64,000 bases of DNA. Origin: Isurus oxyrinchus (Eukaryota). The notes under the pieces are model-generated. The model did not search any database, was not told the DNA's origin, and was given only the letters and a program-made list of their open reading frames with translations. Made by a program: the position numbers and the translations under genes. How positions within the stretch are numbered: position 1 is the stretch's first letter; each line of letters begins with the position of its first letter. Location of the stretch: positions 67,208,001 through 67,272,000 of the forward strand of contig JANJGN010000021.1 of the NCBI GenBank assembly GCA_026770705.1, given 5' to 3'. This document shows, in pieces, positions 24,260 through 37,525 of this stretch.

Positions 24260-24835
24260 TGCTGAAGAAAAGAGACATGTCAATGTTCTGTGTCTTACAG
24301 TCTTCAAGAGATTCTCAAGAATGCAAAATGCAAAGGGAACAATTAGTTGTAATTCATGAGATGAGAGCGCTGATTTGTTTGAATCCAATTGGTAGAGGCA
24401 TTGTCATGGAGAGTGCATCATTTAACTGATGACTGATAGTTAGCTTCCATGCTTTATTTAGAATGTAAAACAGTCAGGTTGAATTTCTTTGGTGATGGCA
24501 TTGCCATGGGGAGTGAACCAGAGCATGGCTGCCACTTATTTTGGCCAGATGAAACGGGTGCAATGTTTGTAAACATTCTTTCTGCCTGCAAAGAACAGGG
24601 CTCTGTACAATAACATGTGCAGCTTCTAGCATGCTTCAGTGAGCCACGTGGCAACCCCGACGTGCATCTTAAATTGTTGTCAATTATAATTCTTAGAACC
24701 CTGAGGATTGCTTAGCAAATGCTTTCCAATCGCAGAATTACAACTGTTGATTTAAGTCTTGCAAGAACGGGCTGGTTGGATCCAGTCAGCGCTCTGCCTG
24801 CTGCGAATAGCCGAAAGGATTTGCTATTTGATAAG
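24260..24835 (-). mobile_element. Penelope-like relic (family C): GIY-YIG C-terminus plus degenerate pLTR
   Basis: Minus-strand translation NSAIGKHLLSNP.., ..MLEAAH..QSPVLCRQ (endonuclease C-terminal motifs), followed by a degenerate terminal repeat at ~24260-24430. Confidence 0.55.
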
Positions 24836-25700
24836 CATTTAGTAAGAAAATAGAAATGAAGGAAATTAGTATTACTAAAACAATGGTGTTAGAGAGATTA
24901 ATGGGACTAAAAGCCACGAAATCCTAAGGTCCCTATAATCAATGTACTAAAGGAGATTGCGATGAAAATAATGGATGTGTTGTTGTTATCTTCCAAGTTC
25001 TGTAGATTGTTGTACAGTCCCTGCAGATTGGAGGGTGGCAAATGTAACCCCACTATAAAAATGAGGAGGGAGGGAAAAATAAGGAAAAACTGATCATTTA
25101 GCCTAACATCAGTGGTCGGGAAAATGCTAGAGTCTATTAAAAAGAATATGATAACAGGATATTTTGAAAATATCAACAGGATTGGATAAAGCCAACCTGT
25201 ATTTATGAAAGTGAAATAATGTTTCACAAACCTACTGGAGATTTTTGAGAGCAAAACAAGCTGAATAGATAATGTAGAACCAGTGGGTGCTGTATATTTC
25301 AATATTCAGATAGCTTTTAATAAAGTTCCATGGAAGAGCTTAATGTGTAAAATTAAATCACAAAGGATTGGAGATGACATTTGGCATGGAATTGAAAATC
25401 GGTTGGCAGACAAGCGACAGAGAGTCGGGTGAAGTGGATATTTTTCGGAGTGGCAGGCAGTGGCAAGTGGTATATCAAATAGATCAGTGCTCAGGCTCCA
25501 TCTATTCACAATATACATCAATGATTTAAATGGGGGAACCAAATGTAATATTTCCAATTTTCTGACGACACAAAACTTGGTGGGAATGTGAGCGATGAGG
25601 AGATTGTAAAGAGGCTTCAAGGCGATTTAGACAGGTTGACTGAGTGGTGAAATCTATAGCAGATACAATATAACATGGATAAGTGTCAAGTTATCCACTT
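24836..25700 (+). mobile_element. CR1 LINE RT fragment
   Basis: WRVANVTP.., SLTSVVGKMLE, AFNKVP, TIYINDL, DDTKLGG motifs with frameshifts. Confidence 0.85.
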
Positions 25701-25719
25701 CTGCTATCATATCGTAATT

Positions 25720-27300
25720 ACATTTTTTATTTGCACTCACAATTCATCTGTTTTGTTATGAAGGCCACACGTCTTCAGGCACAATGTTTTTTGTTTTGTA
25801 ACCTCCTGCCTTACATGCTGATGTACATTCAGCTTTGCATTCCCCATCTCTTCCTTTCAAGGTATGTTCATTATTTCCCATATTAACATCTTTATCTCTT
25901 GCCTTGTCTCTACTCTTTGATACAGAACATCTTCCGAAATTGTATCACATTCCCCTACTGTTTAGTTCAAACCCTCTTTACTCCCCTACTTATGCGGCTT
26001 GCTAGAATACCTGTCCCAGCACAGTTCAGATACAGACCATCACAGCGGTACACATGCCACTTTCCCCTTTACAGTCGCCAGTGCCCAACAAACCTGTAAC
26101 CAATTCTCTCACACCAGCCTTTGAACCACGAATTAATTTCACTATTCTTATTTGTCCCATCTCACTTTGCATGCGGCACAGATAACAATCCAATGACTAT
26201 TACCATTGAGGTTTTGCTTCTTAATTGTGTGCCTAGTGCCTCATACTGACTTGCAGAACCTATTTCCAAGTTCTGCCTATGTCGTTGACACGTGCATGAA
26301 CCCCGATGACTGATGTCTCCGCTTCCCACTCCATGATCCTCTCCGTTACGGAGCTGATGTCCTAACCACTGGGCAGTCAACACAACCTCCTGCATTTTTG
26401 TTCTTTGTTGCAGAGAACAGGGTGAACCCCCCTCAATATGCTGCCCTTTACCACCAAGAAGTTCCTTCCACCTCCCACCCCCCACCCCGCCCCCACTTTA
26501 ATAGCCTCATGTACCAGGGTCTGATGTTCAGTCAGCTCATCCATGCTGCAGTCCCCCCTCTTATCCAAAGAAGTTGAAGAACCTGAAACCTGTTTGATAA
26601 ATGCAAAGGCTGGAGCTCCTGCACTCCTCCCTCTGGGAACCATTACCTGCCGCAATCGCTGTCACGCTTTCCTGCCGCTGATGCCTGATAAATCAGAAGA
26701 CCCCATCATAAGACATGTGATGGCTTCTTGGTATGGTACAACAGCTGACTTCCCTCCAGCCTGAAGTGTCACTTTGTCTGTAGTTGGCCTGCAGCTCAAT
26801 GCCTCTTAGTCGAAGCTCCTCAAGCCACAAACACTTATTGAAGATGTATTTGACCTAGATCATAGTTACATCCAGGAGCTAAGACATGCAGCAGACATTG
26901 ACAGACCCCTGTTCTGCAATCCTCACTGTGTCTTTATTAACTACATAAATGTTCTTATTAAATTAATCATTTTCACTATTTTATATATATTATTAACCTT
27001 ATCGCCAAATTGCATTATTTGTGACCCTCTGCAATAGAAGACTTTGTCCAATTAGCACATTCTCACCAAACAGATAGCTTCTACTCTTGGAGTACAGCAA
27101 AAACCAATTGCTATGGCATGAAAAAGTTAGAAAAGGCAAAGGCAAAGGAACACCTTCCTCCCCTCGTCACCTAGCTCCCTTAATAACTCAAACTCTAGCA
27201 CTCTGTTCAAAATCGCACTTTGTGCTGAGTTGCACTGTAATATTTGTTAAAACATCCTTCTGAAACTAAGCAGTTAGCTGACCCTAGTTCCAGCAAAACT
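25720..27300 (-). mobile_element. CR1 5' region / ORF1 (zinc-finger and esterase-like) relic
   Basis: Minus-strand VKGSILRG.., VIVIG.. and Cys-pair remnants resembling vertebrate CR1 ORF1; boundaries approximate. Confidence 0.5.
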
Positions 27301-27752
27301 ATTTTCAGCTGCTTGCCTTAATTAGCTAACTTCAACTGCTCATCAATACGGCCATGAAACGCTGGGGAATTTGGAATATAGGCAGTAAATGCTGGTTAAA
27401 ATAAAATAAAAACAAAAGTAGACATGTTCAAGGGGATTCCCGCTCTTTTACTCACCCAAATTGTCAGCAATCAATGTTAGATCACACTGAAGTGTATATT
27501 ATATAACCATCTTCAACCATGGGGCTAGCTGACCAAACCTTGAGAATTACTGGTTTCCGCTGCTGGCTTTAATTAAGTAACCTCAGCTGCTCTTCAGTCG
27601 AGCCCTGAAACTCTACTTGTGGCTGAGAAATGCAGGATCTAGGCAGTAAATTTAACTTACATGCTAAATATAAACAGACTACGATTTTTACAATGTTTAA
27701 CACTTCCAAATTCACCCTGACTGCCAGCAGTAAGTGCTGGATCCCATAGCAA

Positions 27753-29950
27753 TGTAGAAACATAGAGACTAGGAGTAGGAGTAGGGCATTCGGCCCTTCT
27801 AGCCTGCTTCCCCCTTCATTATGATCATGTCTGATGATCCAACTCAATAGCCTGCTCCCGCTTTCTCCGTATACCCTTTGATCCCTTTCGCACCAAGAGC
27901 TATATCTAACTCCTTCTTGAAAACATGCAATGTTTTGGTCTCAACTACTTTCTGTGGTAACGAATTCCACAGGCTCACCACTCTATGGGTGAAGAAGTCT
28001 CTCCTCATCTCAGTCCTAAATGGACTACACCATATCCTCAGACTGTGTCCCCTGGGTCTGAACTCCCCCACCATCGGAAACATCCTTTCTTCATCTACAC
28101 TGTCTAGTCCTTTTAGAATTTCATAGGTTTATATGAGATCCCCTGTCATTCTTCTGAACTCCAGCGAATATAATCCTAACAGACTCAATCTCTCCTCATA
28201 TGTCAGTCTCGCCATCCCAGGAATCAGTATGGTAAATCTTCGCTGCACTCCATTCATAGTAACTACATCCTTCCTCAGAGAAGGAGACTAAAACTGCAAA
28301 TAATCCGCCAGGTGTGGTCGGACCAAGGCCCTGTACAATTGCAGCAATATATCCCTGTTTCTGTACTAGAATTCTCTGGCTTTGAAGGCAGAATACATTT
28401 GCCTTTTTTACCACCTGCTGCACCTGAATGCTTACCTTCAGTGACTGGTGTACAATGATTCCCAGGTCTTGTTGCACATTCCCCCCTCTCAATTTATAGC
28501 CATTCAGATAATAATCTGCCTTCCAGTTTTTGCTACCAAAATGGATAACCTCACATGTATCCACATTATGCTGCATCTCTCATGCATTTGCCCACTCACT
28601 CAGCTTGCCCAAATCACACTGAGACATCTCTGCATTCTCCTCATAGCTCACCCTCCCATCCAGCTTTGGGTCATCTGCAAATTTGAAGATATTACATTTA
28701 ATGGCCTCATCTAAATCATTAATATATATTATGAATAACTGGGGTCCCAGCACCAATCCCTGCGGTACCCCACTAGTCACTGCCTGCCATTTGGAAAAAT
28801 ATCCGTTTATTCCGACTCTTTATTTCCTATCTGCCAACCACACTTCTATCCATCTCAATACACTGCCCCCAATTCCGTGCATTTTAAGTTTACACGCCAA
28901 TCTCTTCTATGGGACTTCGTTGAAAATCTTTGAAAGTCCAAATAAACCATATCCACTGGCTCTCCTTCATCAACTCTACTAGTTACATCCTTGAAAAATT
29001 ACAGTAGGTTTGTCAAGCATGATTCCTCTTTCATAAATTCATGCTGACTCTGTCTGATTCTGCTACTGTTTTCCACGTGCTCAGCTATTAAATCTTTTAT
29101 AAAGGACACTAGAACTTTCCCCACTGCTGAGGACAGTCTAACTGGTCTATAATTCTCTGTTTTATCTCTGCCTTATATTTTAGATAGTGGTGTTACATTA
29201 GTTACCCTTCAATCTGTAGGAACTTTTCCAGAGTCAATAGAATCTTGGAGGATGACCACCAATGCTTCCATTATGTCCAGGGGCAGTTCTTTAAGCACTC
29301 TGGGATGTAGATTCACAGGCCCCGGGGATTAATCGGCCTTCAATCCCATCAATTTCCTCAATACCATTTCGCTACTAACACTGATTTCTTTCATTTGCTC
29401 TGTCTACTAAACCCTGAGTTCCCCAAAATTTCAGGTATGTTATTAATGTCCTCCTTTGTGAAGACAGAAATAAAGTGTGTATTTGGTTGGTCAGCCATTT
29501 CCTTGTTCCCCATATAATTCCCCTGTTAATGACTGTAGGGACCTACATATGTCTTCGCCAATCTTTTTTCTTAATATCCCTATATAAACCTTTACAAGTC
29601 AGTTTTTATGCACCCTGAAAGATTACTCTTGTACTCTACCTTCCCCTTCTTAATCAATCCCTTTGTCCTCCTTTGCAGAATTCTAAACTGCTCCCAATGT
29701 TCTTGTCTGTTGTTTTTTTCTTGCTAATTTGTATGCCTCTTCTTTATACTCAATAATATCCCTAATTCCCTTGTAAACCATGGTTTAGCCACCTTTCCTG
29801 TTTTGCGTTTGCGTCAGACAGGAATAAACAATTGTTGTAATTCACCCATGCGCTCTTTGACTGTTTCTCATTGCCTATCCATCGTCATCCCTTTAAGTAA
29901 CATTTCCCAATCCATCATAGCCAACTCGCGCCTCATGCCATTATAGTTTC
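27753..29950 (-). mobile_element. CR1/HER1-type LINE, 3' 2.2 kb
   Basis: TSGVPQGLVLGPQLFIIYINDLD..FKFADD (28580-28780), CEVIHFG..QDLG, RGHSLR..RRDFFTHRVVSLWNSLP, 3' UTR at 27753. Confidence 0.92.
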
Positions 29951-30044
29951 ATGGAAATGTCTGTTATATCTCCATTTCAAATTAAGGAGTTAGCTGACCG
30001 TGTTTAGAGGAAACAAGATTTCAACTTCTTTCCTAAATTAGACA

Positions 30045-30450
30045 CCATTCTTCCTCACTTCCCATCTTCAATTCCTACTTCCATGTATCCTTCCCCCTTA
30101 CTTCCATCTTACCTCCATTCCTTCCTTCTTTCCTTATTTCCTTTATGCCTCCCTTACTTCCTCCCTCCCTTCTCCCTGTCTCCTCACTCCCTCCCTTCCT
30201 TCACCGCTTCCTCCCACACTTTCTTAATTCTTCACTCGCACCGTCCCTCCATTCCTCCCTTACTTCTTCCCTTCCCCCTCCCTTTGTCCCTTCCTCCTTT
30301 CTATCCTCTGACACTTTTTTCTTCCTTCCTTTCCTTCATTCCTTCATCCCTTTTTTCTTCTTCCCTTCATCCCTCCATCCCTCCTTCCATTCCTTCCTTC
30401 CTTACTTCTGCCTTTCGTTCTTTCTCTATTCTTACTACCTATCTTACTTT
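30045..30450. repeat. Polypyrimidine (CCTT/CCCT) low-complexity tract
   Basis: Almost purely C/T on the + strand; followed by C-runs at 30490-30530. Confidence 0.9.
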
Positions 30451-31386
30451 TTCTGAGGTGGGTGTACGCTACTGAATGGATCCTCCCTACCCACCGCCCC
30501 CCCCTCCTCTCCACCCCCCCCCCCCCCACCTCCCAGAGTTCCGGCATAGACTATGAAGGCCTTAAGCCCTCTTTCTCTGCTTATACCATTCAATGGTTCA
30601 AAGAGTCCTCAAATCCACTATAGCCTTTTTCTCCACATTTAGATTTTATTGTTCAAATGGTTCCTGGGCTTTATCAGAAGTTGCATACAGGAAACTGAGG
30701 CATTCCATCATTGAGCTACAGGCACGCTCATGGCAATAGCACTGAACAGGCAATTTTCCTTTCTGTATGACTAGCAGGCTCTTGGGCCATTGGATGAATT
30801 GTTTCTTATGTAAATTACCGCCCGGCATGGCATCATTTTGCAGGTAGAAGTATGGAAACAGAGAAAGCTTTTTGCTCTGTGATTAGTTAACAAAACAATT
30901 CTGAGACATTAGGTTTCTATCTTTTTCCACAGGCCACCTGAGTGTCTTCAGAAAATTCTGCATGTATCTCAGCATATCAGCATCTGCGTGTAGATTGTGA
31001 TCCTTGAAACTTATTTGTCATTATTTTTACTCCTAATTCGTCTCTGCAGCAGCTCATTATCTGATACTCCACTCTAAGGCCTTTCGGACATTACCTGTAA
31101 TGTCTCATTACTGTGTGTGTACAGAATATGCTTGAATCAAATCGTGCACTCACCAGTAATACAACGGCTAATGTGAAATGAATTGATTACCATATAAACA
31201 CAGCTCTCTTGTTACCAACACTGATCGTCTACATTCACTTGACTGATAGTGGGAATATAATTGAAATTTCATTGTCGAAAATAGTATTTTAAAAACATCT
31301 TCAATTGTTTTTCTTTCAGATATCCTCTGTAGAGTGTATTATGTTAAAACACAAATCCTTGGAGCAAACGTGTCTCATTAAATCAG

Positions 31387-31420
31387 TTTGTTCAGTAGAA
31401 TGTAACTAATATCCATGCTC
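31387..31420 (+). promoter_or_regulatory. Candidate proximal cis-element of GPR139-like gene
   Basis: tttgttcagtagaatgtaactaatatccatgctc is conserved 33/34 with the paralogue while the flanks diverge; ends ~130 bp upstream of the ATG; AT-rich tattaata at ~31462. Confidence 0.5.
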
Positions 31421-31552
31421 CGATACCCAAGGTGACTGCCCACGTGGGCGTTCTTCCCTTCTATTAATATGGGTTCCTCTGCTTAAGGATCTAAATTTGA
31501 ATTCGGACTGTTCTGTGACTAGCCGAACAGATATTGATATTTCAGATAAGAA

Positions 31553-31622
31553 ATGGAATATCCTGTAATTTACCAGGTAGAGAGAATTTACTACCCTGTT
31601 CTTGCAGCCATCAGTATTCCTG
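31553..31622 (+). CDS. GPR139-like class A GPCR, coding exon 1
   Basis: ATG GAA TAT..: MEYPVIYQVERIYYPVLAAISIP + G, then donor GTAAGA at 31623; the phase-1 junction gives ..SIP-V-NLVAI.. in frame with exon 2 (start of TM1). Confidence 0.88.
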
Positions 31623-33029
31623 GTAAGACAATGAAACGCACCTGTAAGTGTGGAGTATGGATTTGTGACATTTGCTGTCCTTTGTTCATGATTTGATGGC
31701 AGCAGTTAAGTTTTAACTGATTATAGTGTACGTGTTGTGATTTCGGCATTGAAATAGAAATTCTTACGCAGTTTTAAATGCAAACAAGTGTTGAAAGTAC
31801 AATCGGCTACATTGTTTTGCAGAGAAATTCCTCCCTAGATGTGCGACTTATATCAGATCAGGAATACATTATGTACATTACAATGTCTTGAATTTGTTAC
31901 GTGGTTACCCACGTATCGTGGAGATTTTAATAATGCTTCTTTTTTGCCTTTTTTGTAATTTAAATGTTGTCTCACGCGGAACCCTCTTTTGTTTGCTTGG
32001 GCTCGATTCCTGACCCGGCTGTACTTGTGGCTGCTTTGAATAGAGTGGAAAACTCGGCTTATGTAAGTTCGACATATGATGCACATGCCCGATTTTTTGC
32101 TTTGCACAGGCAACAATCAGCCCTGTGATGGTAAGAAGTATCCTTAACCCAGCTCTGACAAACTAATCATCCTGATGTAACTATCAATGTTCTGGAAAGC
32201 TCGAATGGATTGCACCAGCTCGATAACTTGCACAATATTTCAGGTGAAATTCAGCTGCAGATTTGTGATTTAATCGAAAATGAGCAGTGGCAGATTTTGT
32301 CATGAGTCAATCATGCTAAATGAGCAATATTGATACTTCAGCCTGGAGTACAAGTATCCTTATGCATACCGTTCCCGAAATCGAAATCTATCTGCATGTG
32401 TTGTGAGAGAATAAGCTCTGCTTATTGTACAGACAAAACTCATGTTGTATAGAGAATAACTTAACAGAGAGAGAGTTGTTTAGACAAAAAGCCAACAGGA
32501 CGACAATGCGCACTTCATGTTGAACAGCGTGCACACAGCAGAATGACAGTGTGCAGTGCACATTGTAGAAACCAGCAGAGCGGGAGTGCATACTGAATGG
32601 TGCAAAGAAAATAACGAAAGAGCGCGAGAGTGCACATACCATGCAGCCAATAGTACAACAGAGCAAAAATATGCGCCCCATGTTGCATGTACCATAATCC
32701 ACAGGCCACAATGATTCCAGGCATTTGTGTTTGTAGACACTACCTCAGGATAAATATACATCTGCTTGTTTTGGACACGTGATTTCTGAAGAAATATGGC
32801 TTTCCAGCTTAGCCTTTTGGCAACAAGTTTATTTGCATTCTGCTGCATCCTATATCTACACTTCCTACATTTTACACCGATTATCCTAACAAGAAATAGA
32901 CAGACTCTTAAATTAACAGTTATTTTTAATGTTGGGACTAAAAAAACTATATTTTCATACATATTGAACGATTTTGGAGCATTAAAAATGTTTCATGGAA
33001 GTGATTTCTTTTCTTTTTTCAACATACAG

Positions 33030-33964
33030 TCAACTTGGTGGCGATTATGATCCTGTCCAGGGGAAATTGTGGTCTCTCCAAATGCACCACTCGCTACCTG
33101 GTCGCAATGACATTTTCAGACCTGACAGTGATTGTCATTCATGTGATATTACAGAGGATTAATCGCATGTATTTCCCAATGAATTTCCTGTTTATGACAT
33201 CTGTGTGCAAGGTGAACCTGGCTGCATACATTGTATCTGTAGACTGTTCCGTCTGGTTTACTGTTGCCTTCACGTTCGATCGTTTTGTAACAATTTGCTT
33301 CCAGAGAATGAAATCCAAATATTGCACTGAGCAAACAGCGACATTGGTTATTGTCACTGTGGTTGTGGTGAGCTGCCTAAGGTCTATCCCCTTTCACTAT
33401 ATGTTTAAACCTGCATTCATAATTGACGATGTGCCATGGCATTGCGTTGCGACAGATGATTATCTTGTTTCCCCCTGGTGGAAGGCATTCGAGTGGATTG
33501 ACAGTATCATGACCCCTTTGTTACCAATCCTTTTAATTTTGCTATTCAATGCTCTGACGATCAGGCATATTATCATTGCAAATAGAGTCCGCAATGGGCT
33601 TCGGGGAAACAATGTGAATCACAATGATCCAGAGATGAAGAACCGGAGAAAATCTATGATTCTGCTTTTCGCTATTTCAGCCAATTTCTTATTATTGTGG
33701 GTGACATATGTTGTGCATTCTGTAAACTGGCCAGTGGTAAACTTCTTTTACATAAACTTATATTACAATGAGCCTACGTTCATTATGCAGCAAGTTGGCT
33801 TCATGCTGCTATTTCTAAGTTCCTGCACAAACACTTGTATCTATGCAGTGACACAGAAGAAATTCAGGGATGAGCTGAAAAATAGAGTGAAGTTCGTTCT
33901 CACACTGAATGGAAAATTTTGTCAAACATGTTCAATTAACACCGCCTTGGAGCAGGGCTTTTAG
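33030..33964 (+). CDS. GPR139-like (probable G-protein coupled receptor 139 family) 7TM rhodopsin-class receptor, coding exon 2; spliced product 334 aa
   Basis: Polypyrimidine tract plus acag acceptor at 33029; uninterrupted ORF with 7 hydrophobic segments; NLVAI (TM1), LVAMTFSDL (TM2), SVWFTVAFTFDRF (TM3), TM3/ECL2 cysteines, TPLLP (TM5), SSCTNTCIY..KKFR (TM7/H8). Probably a paralogue rather than the true GPR139 orthologue. Confidence 0.93.
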
Positions 33965-34819
33965 GTTTAACACTATTTTATATCCTTGAAAGTTTTGTTG
34001 CAGGTGAATCGACAGCAGGTGATTAATTATGTTAAGATGCATTTTGGATTGTACTCCATCTGGTGCAAAATGTTCCTGAAATATTTTTAAGGGGGCAAAT
34101 TAAAGGTAATATTTAAAGAAGGGAATTAAATGAATCTAGTCTTAATAATCGGAAAGTCTCCTTTACATACAGATGCCCACAGCCATCCACTTCAGCCCAC
34201 AATGCAATTGTACTCACTTCTCGAGAATGTCATTCCGCTCCCGAGCTTTTTTTTCTTCCCAGTTGGACCCTTAATCTTTGTGATCAACTTTTCTCATTCG
34301 AACAGACGATGAGCTTCAAAAACTGAAATTCTCTTACACAAAGACAGTATATTTCAGTCACATAAGAGTCCCATCAACAACACAGGAAACTTTCTTCTGA
34401 AACACTCGTCCAGGCTCTTCGCAACTCGAGATTTGACTGAGCCACGCTCCCCCAGCGACCTCCCATTGTATAACATTCATGTGCTACAGCTCTGCTGTTT
34501 CTCTGCTGCTGACATCCTATCAGTTCCAAGGCGCAGGGATCTTTCATGCTTGTTAATTTCAAAATTCATTAAGACACCAAGTGTAACAGTTACATATCAT
34601 TTTGTTTAGAGCCCTTGTGTAATTCTCTTGTCACAACAGTCATGCTTTGAAATTCCCCATTCAGAACTATTCTTCGCTCCAAGGCCAATTTGTTCATCTT
34701 CCATCTCCATTTCCCTTAGTGCCTGCAACTACTTTTTTCAGGGGCCCTTTTGCTTCTCTGCAAGTTCAGGCTTTTCCCATATCTTCAATAATTAGCACTC
34801 TTAACTCACACCTAGATGT

Positions 34820-35010
34820 ACTCCTGAATGTGGCTTCACGATTTCCTGTGGGAATATTTTTCCAGTTGAACCAGCAATACAAATGATAGCTGGTGTTATT
34901 CATTTTTTCCTATTTGCAAATTGTGCATGTAAAAAAAAATGAACGCAGGGATGATCACTGTAAGTAATCACCTTATTATATGCGCTGGGCAAGCTCTTTA
35001 TCCATAATGG
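34820..35010 (+). mobile_element. Possible degenerate DeuSINE (SacSINE1/AmnSINE1-like) fragment
   Basis: Weak resemblance to the Deu domain as I recall it (..aaccagcaatacaaatgatagctggtgttattca..tgtgcatgtaaaa..). Confidence 0.35.
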
Positions 35011-35399
35011 ATAAATTAACACTCAGGATGAAACACGACTTGAAAATATCAATCTGCCTTGTCATATGGCATTGCTACAATTAGACACCGTTCCTTGGAA
35101 GTGAGTAATGCAAGTACAATTAATCTTCCCCATTTTAAAACGTGTTATTTTGACAGACAGAAGCTCACACGGACATAGTTATAGATTAATTACTCAGAAG
35201 AAGCAGGCCATTTGGCCCTTACGTGCCACTGCCTGATCACCGTGAAGCAATCCAGTAATTCCCATTATCCCGCTCTAACCCTTTAGCCCAAACGTTTATT
35301 CTCTCAATTAACTATCGCGTCTCCTTTTGAAATCATTGATTATCTATACTTAGACGAGCTTTGCCGTTGCCGAGGCTCATCCCTCTGCTAAAAAAAGGC

Positions 35400-37300
35400 T
35401 TCTTGGTCATCTCTCTCTCTCTCTTTCTCCTCTCTCTTTCACTCGTCCTCTCTCGTATCTCTCACTTGTTCTTTATTCGTCTATATAAACTCACATAATT
35501 CTGCACACTATCAGATCGCCCCTCCATTATTTTCGCTCCAAGGAGAACAATCCGAGCTTCAGTTGTCCGTCATATTTCTCTGATTTCTTTATTCTGCATT
35601 TCTTTCTGCATTTCTTACTTTCAATTTTTTCATTGCCTTCGTGCTTCATAAATTGCTTCTCAACTTATTTTTTTCATTATTTTGTTTCTTTTCCTTCCTT
35701 CATGATTTGCGTCTTTCATTCTTTCATTTTTCCTTCTTTTCCTATTACTTTCTTTGATTCATTCTTTATTTCTTTCCTCTCTTTTCCGAAGTTATTATTT
35801 TTTTAAATTTCAGACTACTTTCCTTCCTTCATTGTTTTCTCTCTTTCTTTCTTTTTTCTCTTTCTTTCTCTCTTTCTTTCTCCCTGTCTCTCTTTTTCTT
35901 TTTATTTACCTTTTTCTTTCTCTCTTTATTTTCTTTTTATATCTTTCCCTCTTTCTTTTTCTCTTCCTTCCTTTATTCCTTTCAATATTTTATTCATTCC
36001 CTCTTTCGTTCTCATTAGTTTTTTCTTCATTCCTTTTTTATTTCTTCCGCCCACTTTGTTGCCCACGGCTTAACATGCCTATATCTCTTTGAAGCCTCGG
36101 TGTGTTTTTATTACAGCTCAAATTCCCTCTGAACTGCGTCTTCAGCCTGTAAATCTGTAAACACCTAGCTCAATCTCTTCGCCAATAGTTAAGTACAGAT
36201 GTTCAGCACCTATGGCCCCATCACTAATCTAAGCGGTATTCCAGTAGTTACATTCTGCAGAATTGATAATACCCTCTTTAGTCTCGCGCTCTCTTTTCTC
36301 TGATTTAACCACTCCTCTCCTTAGACTCCCGATCATCTCCTCAGCCAGTCCTCACCTTTCGAAAATTTATCCGAAAGCCTGAACGAATTATGAGCCACTG
36401 AAATCCTTTCGCACAAAATGAGCCTCTCTTTCCACTGCCGAAATAGTTACCACATCCGACATCCCAGGCCCTTCAAACATCGTTGCAGGCCTGGACTGCC
36501 CGTGTCCCCACCCCTCCATGTCGTTCTCTTTTCCCCCCAGCCTTTTACGTTATCACTCGCTGTCCCCGTCCTTGTCTCTCTCTCACTATGCAGTCCTCCC
36601 TCTAATTGCGTCGTTTTATTCTGTCGCGTTCAGTTTGTGCCTCTTTCATGGATCTTTTCCACTTCTCCTGTTCATCAGTGATTTGTATTCAATTTTCAAT
36701 CCTTACCTAATTTTGTTTCCCCCCTTTTGCCTTGCTCATCTTGATGCTTGCTTCCTATGTTCCTGTTCCTCTAACGAACTGTTTTCTGTTCCTTCAATGC
36801 CGCCTCTGTTTGTCTCTCTCTTTCTTCCTGTCTTTGTCCCCCTCCCACCTGTCCCTATCCCTATGCCCAAGGCTGTTGGTCTCTCGGCTTTACTCGCTCT
36901 CGTTCATTACGTCCATAAGTCTGCATATTTTCATATGTTTCAGTTTCTTCTAAAATACACCACCATCAGCAACACCCCCCCCCCCCCCCCCCCCACACAC
37001 ACACACCCCTCATGTTTTTCACACGAATTTGCCTCGTTGTTTCTGCCGAGGTCGTTATCGCTGCCTCTGCCCCAATCTCCTTTTCCTGGTGTCTCTCCGT
37101 TCCCTATCTTCTAATTACATTTTTATCTCTCTCTTGCTGTGTGCTTCCTATTCCCCCAAGATTTCTCCGCCCGTCCGTTCATCCATTCATCCATCCCTGC
37201 GTCCTTCCGTTCGTCGGTCCGTTCACTTTCATCCGCCCGTCTGTCTAATTATCTCTTGTTAATTATCATTCTCTCTATCTATCTTTCCCTCTCACTATCC
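35400..37300. repeat. Extended pyrimidine-rich low-complexity region (TTTC/CT repeats, C-run and CA tract near 36975-37010)
   Basis: Composition visible directly; produces spurious Phe/Leu/Ser ORFs. Confidence 0.8.
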
Positions 37301-37525
37301 ACTGGGCAGGTACAGCACGGGTCAGATACAGAGTAAAGCCTGCTTTCCAGTCCAGCATGAAAATATCTTGTGGCATGTACAGTAGCTATTCGATGCAAAT
37401 TATTACACAATGTCCAGTCTGCGCATAATATGGTTCCAGTGCACATACAGTGTGAGATACAGAGCGAATCTCCATCTATGCTGGGAATAGCATGGGTTAA
37501 ATACATAATAAAGCTCAATCTGCAC
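37300..37525 (+). repeat. Degenerate copies of ~68-bp shark tandem repeat
   Basis: gggcaggtacagcacgggtcagatacagagtaaagc; gatacagagcgaatctcc; gcatgggttaaatacataataaagctc. Confidence 0.55.

Noticed and set aside
32388-33050. Several 70-160 aa ORFs
   Set aside because: They lie in the GPCR intron, have no recognisable motifs and are not preserved in the paralogous intron
35754-37336. Hydrophobic 'membrane protein' ORFs
   Set aside because: Artefacts of T/C-rich low-complexity sequence
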